A stretch of DNA of 58,632 bases, taken from Acidobacteriota bacterium. GTDB lineage: Bacteria > Acidobacteriota > Blastocatellia > RBC074. The DNA is taken from positions 1 through 58,632 of the forward strand of contig JBDTUN010000311.1 of assembly GCA_040007715.1 (NCBI GenBank), written 5' to 3'. Numbering within the stretch: position 1 is the stretch's first letter; each line of letters opens with the position of its first letter. Under the pieces are notes generated by a model. That model worked only from the letters and a program-made list of their open reading frames with translations. It did not search any database and had not been told where the DNA came from. Below, one piece after another: positions 35,161 to 44,143 of this stretch. Made by a program: the position numbers and the translations under genes.

Positions 35161-36117
35161 ATGCACGATTTATGGTCATTTATGGTCTGGGGATGGCATC
35201 TGCTTGAACTCAGACACTTGATTGACATACTCATTGTCGCCTTCCTGATTTATGAGTTACTCAGGTTGGTGCATGGGACTCGTGCGGTTCAGATGGGGGT
35301 GGGCTTGGTGCTGGTGGCAGTCTTGTACGGGGTTTCCAAGCGGTTTGGTTTGAGCACAGTGCAGTGGGTGTTGCGTAACGCGGCCTTTTACGTGGGTTTT
35401 GCCGTCATAGTGCTTTTTCAACAAGAGATTCGCGCGGCGCTTACACGGCTGGGAAACAACATTCGCCTGCCGTTTGCCCGGCAGAAACAGCGCGCCCGAA
35501 ATCCTTTCGGGCAGGAATGGTATGACGAAGTTGTGCTGGCGGCCACGTCGCTGGCTTCAGAAAAGCTGGGCGCGTTGATCATCTTCGAGCGAGAGGTGGG
35601 ATTAAAGACTTACATTGAAAGCGGCATCCGGCTGGACGCGCGCATCAGTTACGACCTGCTGGTGACGATCTTCGACAAGAACACCACGCTGCACGACGGC
35701 GCGGTCATTATCAGCAGCAACCGCATGGCGGCGGCCTGCTGTTTCCTGCCGCTGACGCAAAATCCGATGATTTCGCGCGAACTGGGCACGCGGCACCGCT
35801 CGGCCATTGGCGTAACGGAAGACAGCGATGCCTTCGCCGTTATCGTGTCGGAAGAAACCGGAGTGATTTCGTTTGCCATCGAAGGCAAATTGAAACGTAA
35901 CCTGGACGGTCCCGGATTGCGACGCCTGATTCAGCAGGCGATGGAACCCTGGCGCAGTGAGGAAGAATCCGAAGAGATGGAGACGGAGGAACGCGCGCGC
36001 GAACGCGAAATTGATGAACTGGTTACGGCGCGCAAACGTGGCCGCCAGGCAGTTTACCTGCCGGGCGACGACGCGCACCCGCAAAACGATGAAGTCCAGG
36101 AGGGTAGCACGCTATGA
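35161..36117 (+). CDS. cdaA: Diadenylate cyclase CdaA (DisA_N/DAC domain, 3 N-terminal TM segments)
   Basis: 318 aa. It shows TTLHDGAVIIS and GTRHRSAIGVTEDSDAFAVIVSEETGVISFA. It also has an acidic C-terminal extension. Confidence 0.9.
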   Translation: MHDLWSFMVWGWHLLELRHLIDILIVAFLIYELLRLVHGTRAVQMGVGLVLVAVLYGVSKRFGLSTVQWVLRNAAFYVGFAVIVLFQQEIRAALTRLGNNIRLPFARQKQRARNPFGQEWYDEVVLAATSLASEKLGALIIFEREVGLKTYIESGIRLDARISYDLLVTIFDKNTTLHDGAVIISSNRMAAACCFLPLTQNPMISRELGTRHRSAIGVTEDSDAFAVIVSEETGVISFAIEGKLKRNLDGPGLRRLIQQAMEPWRSEEESEEMETEERAREREIDELVTARKRGRQAVYLPGDDAHPQNDEVQEGSTL

Positions 36118-37118
36118 AGACATTCGAACTTCTGGGTGATCTTCTGGGCGATCTCCCGCGCCAACTTTCGCCCGCAAGGTTGTGGCAGCGGCTGGGCCAT
36201 CTTCACGTTGAACATAAAGGGCTGAAGCTGATGGCGTTGGCGCTGGCAATCCTGCTGTTTATCGTCTCGCGCCAACCAACCAGTGATTTAAGGCTGTTTA
36301 ACGTCCCGCTGGAATATCGCGGCTTGAATTCCGGCCTGGAGATCAGCGGCGAAGTCGAACAGACAGTCAGCGTGCGCCTGCACGGGCCGCAAGACATTGT
36401 GCGCAACTTGATGCCCAGCCAACTTTCCGTGGTCGCCGACCTGTCGAATAAAGAACCCGGCGAGCGCGTGGTACAGCTTCACGCCGACGACGTTTCGCTG
36501 CCGGACGAGAGCATCAGGGTGATTCAGATCGAACCGGCCAGCATCCATTTGACGCTCGAACCGAAGTTGAAAAAGCGCGTTGCTGTGGAAGCACAGTTCA
36601 TGGGAGAACTGGCTGGCGGGCTGGAAATTTATCGCACTACTGTCGAGCCGCCGGAAGTTGAACTCGAAGGCCCACAATCACAACTGAATAAGATCAGTCT
36701 GGTGCTGACGGAAACCGTCAACTTGAATGGCCATGGCAAAGATTTCCAGACCACGGTGGATGTGGAAACGCCGCAGCAATCGTTGCGCGTCCTGACGCCC
36801 AGCCCGATCAAGCTTTCCATTGAAGTCGGCGAAAAGCGCGGCCTCAAACGCTTCGGGAATATTCCCATCAGTTGGCACGACTCGCTGGCTAATGGACGGC
36901 TGTTGACCAAAACTGTAGAAGTCGAGTTGTATGGCCCCCTGACCCTGATTGAATCGTTACCGGCGAAAGACCTGCGCGTCGAGGTAAAGTCTATCAGTTG
37001 GACGAATGGCACTGGCGGCGTAGGAATCGGGCTGCCAGCGGCCATCCTGCCAGACGCAGCTGGCAAGCGCATCGAGGTGCGCAATATCTTTCCGAGAGAG
37101 GTTAAATTGAAAAAGTAG
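36114..37118 (+). CDS. cdaR: CdaR (YbbR-like domain) regulator of CdaA
   Basis: 334 aa with an ATGA overlap with cdaA. It has an N-terminal TM segment and repeated YbbR-like beta modules (VPLEYRGL..., VQIEPASIHLTLE...). Confidence 0.8.
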   Translation: MKTFELLGDLLGDLPRQLSPARLWQRLGHLHVEHKGLKLMALALAILLFIVSRQPTSDLRLFNVPLEYRGLNSGLEISGEVEQTVSVRLHGPQDIVRNLMPSQLSVVADLSNKEPGERVVQLHADDVSLPDESIRVIQIEPASIHLTLEPKLKKRVAVEAQFMGELAGGLEIYRTTVEPPEVELEGPQSQLNKISLVLTETVNLNGHGKDFQTTVDVETPQQSLRVLTPSPIKLSIEVGEKRGLKRFGNIPISWHDSLANGRLLTKTVEVELYGPLTLIESLPAKDLRVEVKSISWTNGTGGVGIGLPAAILPDAAGKRIEVRNIFPREVKLKK

Positions 37119-37119
37119 T

Positions 37120-38463
37120 ATGGGGAAATTTTTTGGCACCGACGGCATTCGCGGCTACGCGGGCGAATCGCCACTGGACGAACCGACCATCGAACGCATT
37201 GGATATTCACTGGCAAAAGAGTTGGCGGCGCGACTGGGTCGCGCTCCGCAAATCATCATTGGCCGCGACACGCGCGAATCCGGCGACTGGATTGAAGCCG
37301 CTGTCGCGCGCGGCGCAATTACCGCCAAAGCCGATGTTAAGTCGGCAGGCTTCATCACCACGCCGGGCGTGGCTTATGTGACGCGGGCGCTCGATGCCGA
37401 TGCGGGCGTTGTTATCTCTGCCTCACACAATCCTTATCACGATAACGGCATCAAGATTTTCGCTCCGTCGGGGCAGAAGCTGGACGACATTACCGAACAG
37501 GCCATCGAACGCGACCTGGAAGCGGATGCCGGGGATTTTCCGCCAATCGTTGACGCGATCGTTTATACCGACGCGAGTCTGAAAGAGAAGTACCTTAACT
37601 TTCTGCGCGATGAAATCGGCGCAGGGCTGAATTTGAAAGGTTTGAAGCTGGTGATTGATTGCGCCAACGGCGCATCCTCCGAACTGGCGCCGAAACTGTT
37701 CGATATGCTCGGCGCTGAACTCACGGTCATCAATGCCGATCCGAACGGGCGTAACATCAACCTGAATTGCGGTTCGCTGCATCCCGAAACGCTGCAACGC
37801 GCCGTGCTGGCGGCGAAGGCCGACGCCGGATTGGCTTTCGACGGCGACGCGGATCGTTTGCTGATGGTGGATGAAAAAGGGGAGTTGGTGGATGGCGACC
37901 GGGTTCTGTTCGTGATGGCCGAATACTTCGCTGCGCAGGGCAAGCTGAAGGGCAATCGCGTCGTTGCCACGGTCATGAGCAATATGGGCCTGGAAGTCGC
38001 GCTGGCTGAACGAAACATCACTTTGGCCAGAACTGGCGTCGGCGACAAGAACGTGCTGGAGGAATTGCTGAAAAACGGCGGCAGCATCGGCGGCGAACAG
38101 TCCGGCCACGTCATCTTCCCCGAAATCAGCCTGGCCGGCGACGGGATGATTACCGGGCTGGAAGTGCTGCGCGTGATGGCCGAATCGAAGCGAACATTGA
38201 GCGAACTGGCGAACGGTTTCACCCGTTACCCGCAGGTTATCGTCAACGTCCGCGTCGCGCGCAAACCGCCGCTTGATTCCATCGCAACTGTCAAAGAAGC
38301 CATGGCCAAAGTTGAAAGTGAATTGGCAGGGAAGGGAAGATTGCTGTTGCGCTATTCCGGCACCGAAAATTTAGCGCGCGTGATGATCGAAGGAGAGGAC
38401 GAAACGACTATACGCGAGCAGGCCGAATTACTAGCTCAGTTAATCAAAGAAAACATCGGGTAA
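37120..38463 (+). CDS. glmM: Phosphoglucosamine mutase
   Basis: 447 aa: MGKFFGTDGIRG, the phosphoserine loop SASHNPYHDNGIK, FDGDADR and GGEQSGH. Confidence 0.95.
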   Translation: MGKFFGTDGIRGYAGESPLDEPTIERIGYSLAKELAARLGRAPQIIIGRDTRESGDWIEAAVARGAITAKADVKSAGFITTPGVAYVTRALDADAGVVISASHNPYHDNGIKIFAPSGQKLDDITEQAIERDLEADAGDFPPIVDAIVYTDASLKEKYLNFLRDEIGAGLNLKGLKLVIDCANGASSELAPKLFDMLGAELTVINADPNGRNINLNCGSLHPETLQRAVLAAKADAGLAFDGDADRLLMVDEKGELVDGDRVLFVMAEYFAAQGKLKGNRVVATVMSNMGLEVALAERNITLARTGVGDKNVLEELLKNGGSIGGEQSGHVIFPEISLAGDGMITGLEVLRVMAESKRTLSELANGFTRYPQVIVNVRVARKPPLDSIATVKEAMAKVESELAGKGRLLLRYSGTENLARVMIEGEDETTIREQAELLAQLIKENIG

Positions 38464-38537
38464 AAATAGACAGGATTCACAAGATGAACCAGGATGAAGA
38501 ACAATCCTGGTTCATCTTGTGAATCCTGTCTATTTTT
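38462..38537. repeat. 34-bp perfect inverted repeat (long hairpin, bidirectional terminator, REP-like element)
   Basis: AAAAATAGACAGGATTCACAAGATGAACCAGGAT (38462-38495), an 8-nt loop, then the exact reverse complement (38504-38537) and further Ts. The core TGTGAATCCTGTCTA recurs at 44099-44113. Confidence 0.85.
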
Positions 38538-38542
38538 TTTGT

Positions 38543-39538
38543 TTATGCTGGCAGTAAACCTTTGATCTCGCTTACCACGCGCGCGACTTCTTCCTGATCG
38601 GCCAACGCAATCATAAAGAACTTGTAGCCTTCGCTGATGCAAACGACGCCGTTAGCAAAGAACCAGATGCCGCTCAGCAATGGATTCCCGCCCAAAATCA
38701 AGCTCACCGGAAAGCCCGTCACTGTCGCCCCCGAAAAAGCCGCGCCAATCATCGAAGCGCCCGCCGCCACGCTGAATGCTCCAAGCAGCGGCGCGCCGAC
38801 ATATTTGGTCAGATTGCGCTGAAACTCTATCCGCCCGCGTTCGGCTTCATCCAGCTTGCCTTCAGCCAACATCTTTTCCTGTTCTTTCAGGTAGTCGTTG
38901 TATTTTTCGGTCAGTTTGCGAATGCCCACGATGGGCAGCGCGCTGTGAAAAAACCAATTGCCCGAAGCGCCCGCGCCCAGCACCGTTGCGCCCAGCCCGG
39001 ATACAGCCGACCCGACGCGTGTTCCGGCGATCATGGAAAAGCTGACGACTGCGGTCTTTCCCGGATTTTCTTTCACCCAGACGCGAGCTTTTTCATAGCC
39101 GCTGACCGCTGCTTCAGCCATCCGCGCGCCCGCCGTGCCGGTGTTATAAACCTGCTCGGCGCGTTTGTAGTAGGTCTTGGCGCTGCCGAAGACTTCGCGC
39201 GCAGTCTCTTCGGTGGCTTTGGAAAACTGTTCGGCGCTGGTCTGCGCGACTTGCGCGCCCTGCTTGATGACATCTTCTGCTTTGTCGGCAGCTTTCGACG
39301 CCGTGTCGCGCAGGTTATCGGTGACCTTGTGCTCTTCGTCGAATTTGTTGAATCGCTCGCGGGCGGTGGCAGTGGCTTGATTGACTGTTTCGCCGGCGCG
39401 CCGGGCGGTTTCACCCGCAACTTGGCTTGCTGTGTTGACGCCTTGATCGAACTTATTTTTCAGATCGTACTTTTCATCCAATTCCTGCGCCGTGCGTTTG
39501 GCCGCGTCGCGCAGTTGATCGAAGATGCTGTTAGCCAT
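38543..39538 (-). CDS. Hypothetical protein: LEA/apolipoprotein-like helical N-terminal half and a glycine-zipper membrane C-terminal half
   Basis: Internal ATG at 39538 follows a GGGAG SD and gives 331 aa. The N-terminal ~170 aa is hydrophilic and rich in A/K/E/T. The C-terminal half has Gly/Ala-rich hydrophobic segments (GSAVSGLGATVLGAGASG, GAFSVAAGASMIGAAFSGA). Confidence 0.6.
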   Translation of the reverse strand: MANSIFDQLRDAAKRTAQELDEKYDLKNKFDQGVNTASQVAGETARRAGETVNQATATARERFNKFDEEHKVTDNLRDTASKAADKAEDVIKQGAQVAQTSAEQFSKATEETAREVFGSAKTYYKRAEQVYNTGTAGARMAEAAVSGYEKARVWVKENPGKTAVVSFSMIAGTRVGSAVSGLGATVLGAGASGNWFFHSALPIVGIRKLTEKYNDYLKEQEKMLAEGKLDEAERGRIEFQRNLTKYVGAPLLGAFSVAAGASMIGAAFSGATVTGFPVSLILGGNPLLSGIWFFANGVVCISEGYKFFMIALADQEEVARVVSEIKGLLPA

Positions 39539-39736
39539 TGTCCATTTCTCCCTCTGGTGTTTGCTGCGTTGTGATGATTGCTTGCGATGATAGCCTACGC
39601 CAGGCTGTCGGCTAAAGTTCACTTTCGCCCCAATCCATCTTCCACAGGCGTCGCCGAACCGTGCCGTCTTTTGACAGCAGAGAGTGCGGCGGGATGAAGT
39701 TTGATTGTACGTATCCCGCCACTGAGAAGGCCAAGC

Positions 39737-40339
39737 TCAATTCTTTCCCTTTTGTGTCTTGAGTTGTTTCAACTCCTGCTCACGATCCAAGAAGCTGACG
39801 CCGCCCGTGATCCATGGCGAGGCTGATTCATCTTTCAAGTAATGCCCGAACCATTCCAGGATGCGGCGGTGGTAATCAATCTGATTCGGCTTCTTGCGCA
39901 GTCCGTGGTCTTCGCCTGCGTAAACCAGCAAGACCACGTCCTTCTTTGCGCGGCGGGCGATGTTGTACAGTTCGACGCCTTGATGCCAGAAGACTGTGCC
40001 GTCACTGTCGCCGACTTCGATCATCAGCGGCGTTTTCATGTTCTGGACGTTGAAGACTGCGGAGTTGCGAACATAGGCTTGCAAGTCTTCCCACAGCGGC
40101 ACCTCCATGCGTTGCTGTCCGGTTTCGATGTGGTCGGTTTCGGCAATGCCTGAACTCCAATGGTGGTTGCCGTAGTTGCTGATCAAATCAGTGATCGGCG
40201 CGCCCGCCAATGCGGCTGCAAACACATCCGAGTGCGTGGCAAGGTACGTCGTGTCGAAACCTCCCCACGAATAGCCCACCACGCCGACTTTGCGCGCATC
40301 AACTATCATTCTTTCATCGCTCATACCGCAGCGCTTCAA
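39737..40339 (-). pseudogene. S9 (prolyl oligopeptidase family) serine peptidase, C-terminal catalytic-domain fragment only
   Basis: The ~200-aa ORF begins just before the nucleophile elbow (VGVVGYSWGG) and carries the downstream Asp/His region (GDSDGTV...GEDHGL). The beta-propeller and the first part of the hydrolase fold are missing. Its 5' end abuts and overlaps the stop of the complete permease gene upstream. Confidence 0.5.
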
Positions 40340-41609
40340 TCGGATTGAGCCGCGCCGCGCGCCAGGCTGGCCAGAGGCCGAAGAAAAGACCGACGCTCAT
40401 TGAGACGATCAAGCCAGCGGTGATTGCGCCGATTGAAATGCTTGCCCGCAATGACGGCAGCAGGAATTGAATGGACAGTGCAATAGCTATTCCGATCAGC
40501 ACGCCGGCCACGCCGCCCATCACGGTCAGCATCATCGCTTCCAGCAAAAATTGCCACATCACATCACGTCGGCGCGCGCCAACGGCTTTGCGCAAGCCTA
40601 TCTCCGACGTGCGCTCGGTCACCGAAACCAGCATGATGTTCATCACGCCAATTCCGCCGATGAACAGGCCGAGCGAGGCGACGCCGATCATCAGCACGGA
40701 GATTCCGCCGGAAGCCTGAGTCCAGATGTCAACGAGTTGATTTGAGGTGAAGACGACGAAGTTATCCGGCGCGTCCGCCGACAGGCGGCGATGGTGACGC
40801 AGGGCCTCGCGCGCTTCGTTCATTCCCCGCTCGACCTCTTCGGGCGAACTGACCAGACAGAAGAATTGCAAAAACTCCTTCTCGCGCTCGGAGTAGTATT
40901 TGTCGAAAGTGCCGAAGGGAATCAGCACGATCTGGTTTTCGCTCGGCCCGCCGAAGAGCGCCTCGCGCTGTTCAATCAGCCCGACGACTTCATAAACCGT
41001 GCTGTCAATGTGAATCATCTTGCCAAGCGGATCCTCAATGCCGAAAAGGCCGTCAGCGATCATCCGTCCGATGACCGTGACGTTGCGCCGGTGCGAAGAA
41101 TCGCTGGCGCTGATCATGCGGCCACGATCTACCAGGATGCCGGTGGCGTCAGCGAAGTATTGATCCACGCCGCGCAGGATTGGGCTTTGCGCTTCTTCGC
41201 CTTTATACCAGACGCGGATCGGATCGAAGGCCGTCTTGGCATAAAAGGGACTGAGCACCTTCACGCTCGGACAGTTTGCGCTTACCTCCCCGGCATCATC
41301 CAGCGTGAGCGGCGGGCGCTTTTTGAGCAAGCCCATGAAATCAGGATTGCCGAAATCCGAAAACCCGGCGCGCGCGACGACGAAGCTGGCGGGATTCAGG
41401 CGCGTCAGCGCGCTCTTGATAGTGTTATCCAAACCTTGAATTAAAGCGACGACGACGATCACCGTCGCCACACCCATAATCAACCCGGTCAGCGTCAGCG
41501 CCGATTGAAAGCGATGCTGATTGATCGCGCCCAGCGCCAGCGAGAAGGCTTCGCCAATCTCCGCCCTGCGTTTACCGCGCACCAGTTGTCTGAGGCTTTC
41601 TCTATTCAT
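40314..41609 (-). CDS. ABC transporter permease, MacB/FtsX-like
   Basis: Internal ATG at 41609 gives 431 aa. It has an N-terminal TM segment, a large periplasmic domain and a C-terminal FtsX domain ending [18 protein letters not shown]. The start overlaps the upstream stop by 8 nt. Confidence 0.85.
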   Translation of the reverse strand: MNRESLRQLVRGKRRAEIGEAFSLALGAINQHRFQSALTLTGLIMGVATVIVVVALIQGLDNTIKSALTRLNPASFVVARAGFSDFGNPDFMGLLKKRPPLTLDDAGEVSANCPSVKVLSPFYAKTAFDPIRVWYKGEEAQSPILRGVDQYFADATGILVDRGRMISASDSSHRRNVTVIGRMIADGLFGIEDPLGKMIHIDSTVYEVVGLIEQREALFGGPSENQIVLIPFGTFDKYYSEREKEFLQFFCLVSSPEEVERGMNEAREALRHHRRLSADAPDNFVVFTSNQLVDIWTQASGGISVLMIGVASLGLFIGGIGVMNIMLVSVTERTSEIGLRKAVGARRRDVMWQFLLEAMMLTVMGGVAGVLIGIAIALSIQFLLPSLRASISIGAITAGLIVSMSVGLFFGLWPAWRAARLNPIEALRYER

Positions 41610-42822
41610 ATCGTAATGCGTCAATCGGTGAAAGCTGCGCGGCGCGGCGCGCGGGATACACGCCGGCAATAAGCCCGACGAGTGAAGAGACGGCAAATCC
41701 GATGAGCGCAACCATCGGGCGCGAACTGGCCGGAAGCGGCGTAACCCAGGCGATGATTTTTGCAACCGTCAGCCCAGCCGCAGTTCCAAGCGCTCCGCCC
41801 ATCAAACAAAGCACGACGGTTTCAGCCAGAAATTGTGCCAGCACATCGCGGTGGCGCGCGCCGACAGCTTTACGCAAGCCGATTTCGCGCGTCCGTTCGC
41901 GCACATTCACCAGCATGATGTTAGTCACGCCCAGCCCGCCAACTGTCAGCGCAATGCCGGAGATGATGATCGTTATGAGGTAAAAGCCGCCAATCACGGC
42001 TTGATAGATTCCAGCCGCCGAATCCGCCGTGGTGATGAAAAACGTGTCTTCCTGATTGAAAAGCACATGACGTTGCCGGCGCATGATGCCGCGCACTTCG
42101 TCAACCACCGAAGCGAGCGGGGTACCGGGCGGTTGCTGACAATAAATCGTCAAAGGCTGATGCGCGCCGAAGCGTTGCAACATCGCGGCCAGCGGCATGA
42201 CGATAAAGCGATCCTGCGAACGGCCAAACAGCGAACCGCGCCGGGCGATGGTGCCGATTACCTGAAACGGCTGGCCCATCACGTTCAGTTGCGCGCCGAG
42301 CGGGTCGCTTTGCCCAAAGAGGTCTGTCACGATGTCGGCTCCCAGCAGGCAAACAGACATGTGCTGGCTGTCTTCCGCCGCGGTGTAAAAACGCCCCGTC
42401 GCCACTTCCACTCGTTCAATGTCGAGCATGCCAGCCGTCAGCCCGCGAACCTGCACGCTGCCGGTGACCGTGCCGCGCCATTTCAAGCGACCCATCAAAT
42501 CCGATTCCGCTCCCACTGCGGCGCATTCGCGGCTGTCGCGGCGAACGGTCAAATAATCTTCGTATTCAATCCGCTTCCACTTCGAGGCCTTGATGAAATC
42601 GTTGACGTTGAGCATTGAGGCGGGAAGCTGCGACACTTGAAAGACATCCGGCTGAAGCGTCACCAATCGCTCAGTGATGTACGCATTCGCTCCTTCGATC
42701 AAAGCGACCATCGCCACCAACGCGCCGATGCCGACGACGATTCCGAGCACGGCCAGCGCAGAGCGCAGCTTTTGCGCCAGCAGCGCGTTGACGGCATTCG
42801 CTAAGATTTCCTTGCGGTCCAT
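41602..42822 (-). CDS. ABC transporter permease, MacB/FtsX-like
   Basis: 406 aa with the same architecture, ending [17 protein letters not shown]. Confidence 0.85.
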   Translation of the reverse strand: MDRKEILANAVNALLAQKLRSALAVLGIVVGIGALVAMVALIEGANAYITERLVTLQPDVFQVSQLPASMLNVNDFIKASKWKRIEYEDYLTVRRDSRECAAVGAESDLMGRLKWRGTVTGSVQVRGLTAGMLDIERVEVATGRFYTAAEDSQHMSVCLLGADIVTDLFGQSDPLGAQLNVMGQPFQVIGTIARRGSLFGRSQDRFIVMPLAAMLQRFGAHQPLTIYCQQPPGTPLASVVDEVRGIMRRQRHVLFNQEDTFFITTADSAAGIYQAVIGGFYLITIIISGIALTVGGLGVTNIMLVNVRERTREIGLRKAVGARHRDVLAQFLAETVVLCLMGGALGTAAGLTVAKIIAWVTPLPASSRPMVALIGFAVSSLVGLIAGVYPARRAAQLSPIDALRYE

Positions 42823-42935
42823 ATCTATTTTATTTGCGGTTCCGCGGATGATCTGGTTTTCAGTCCGCGTCCAGTGCTACAGTTCCGGCGCGGTCATTTG
42901 CATCGAATCATGTACATCAAGAACAGGAGTTTCGT

Positions 42936-44018
42936 ATGAGCCGAAGAACAATCTGGCTTTTTGCGATTATGTTTTGTGTCCACATTGCCGTCGCGGCGCA
43001 ACTGCCAACGCCAACTGAAGGCGATTTCACGATCCGCGACTTCCGATTTGAAAGCGGCGAGACGTTGCCCGAACTGCGGCGGCATTATCGCACGCTGGGC
43101 AAACCTGAGCGCGATGCTTCCGGCACGGTTCGCAACGCCGTGTGGATTGGCCACGGCACGGGAGGCAGCGGTCGCAACTTTCTTTCGCAGCAATTCGCTG
43201 GTGTGTTGTTTGGCCCGGGACAGCTTTTGGATGCGAACAAATACTTCATCATTTTGCCTGACGGAATTGGCCACGGCCAATCATCGAAACCTAGCGACGG
43301 GCTGCACGCGAAGTTTCCGCATTACAACTACAACGACATGATCACCGCGCAGTACCGGTTGCTCGTCCAACATCTGGGTGTGAATCATCTGCGGCTGGTG
43401 ATGGGCACTTCGATGGGCGGGATGCATTCGTGGGTGTGGGGCGAAAAGTATCCTGACTTTATGGACGCGCTGATGCCGTTGGCCAGCTTGCCGGTGCAGA
43501 TCGCCGGGCGGAATCGTTTCTTTCGCCGAATGGTGATTGATTCGATCACCAAAGACCCGGAATGGAACAACGGCGAATACAAACAACAGCCGCGCGGGTT
43601 GACCGCAGCCAACTATACGTTGCTGGTGATGAGCAGCATTCCCCTGCAACAGCAGAAACAAGCGCCGACGCGCGAAGATGCCGACAAGCTGTTTGACAAC
43701 GCAGTGCGTTCAGCACTGAATGGCAAAGACGCCAACGATATGCTTTATCAGTTCGACGCTTCGCGCGATTACAACCCGCAGCCGCTGCTGGAAACAATCA
43801 AAGCCCCGCTCGTGGCAATCAATTCCGCAGACGACCAGGTCAACCCGCCGGAACTTGGCATCGCCGAACGCGAGGTCAAACGCGTCAAACGAGGCCGCTT
43901 CATTCTGATTCCGATCAGCGATCAGACGCGCGGCCACGGCACGCACACGCTGCCCGCGCTGTGGAAACAGCACTTGGCAGAATTGCTGGAAGAATCGAAG
44001 CAACCGAGCAAACCATAA
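42936..44018 (+). CDS. Secreted alpha/beta hydrolase, homoserine O-acetyltransferase (MetX)-like fold
   Basis: 360 aa with an AGGAG SD and a signal peptide. It has a MetX-like N-terminal block (FRFESGETLPELRRHYRTLG) and the nucleophile elbow GTSMGG. Confidence 0.75.
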   Translation: MSRRTIWLFAIMFCVHIAVAAQLPTPTEGDFTIRDFRFESGETLPELRRHYRTLGKPERDASGTVRNAVWIGHGTGGSGRNFLSQQFAGVLFGPGQLLDANKYFIILPDGIGHGQSSKPSDGLHAKFPHYNYNDMITAQYRLLVQHLGVNHLRLVMGTSMGGMHSWVWGEKYPDFMDALMPLASLPVQIAGRNRFFRRMVIDSITKDPEWNNGEYKQQPRGLTAANYTLLVMSSIPLQQQKQAPTREDADKLFDNAVRSALNGKDANDMLYQFDASRDYNPQPLLETIKAPLVAINSADDQVNPPELGIAEREVKRVKRGRFILIPISDQTRGHGTHTLPALWKQHLAELLEESKQPSKP

Positions 44019-44026
44019 AAGCCTTC

Positions 44027-44112
44027 GACAGGATTTTATGGATTGACCGGGATTGGCAAAACTGAAATCAATTGCCGTTTTTTCAATCCTGAAACATCCT
44101 GTGAATCCTGTC
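44027..44112. repeat. Imperfect long hairpin / REP-like element between convergent genes
   Basis: GACAGGATT (44027-44035) pairs with AATCCTGTC (44104-44112). Inner pairs are GGATTG/CAATCC and GGCAA/TTGCC. It shares TGTGAATCCTGTCTA with the 38.5-kb palindrome. Confidence 0.55.
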
Positions 44113-44143
44113 TAAACGACTTTGGCTCCAACGCCAGCCAATC

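Noticed and set aside
38462-38537. The 34-bp palindrome as a MITE or IS element
   Set aside because: It has no coding capacity, I saw no flanking direct repeats, and no transposase lies in the window. Its position between convergent genes, with A- and T-tracts, fits a REP-like terminator better. I report it as a repeat, not as a mobile element.
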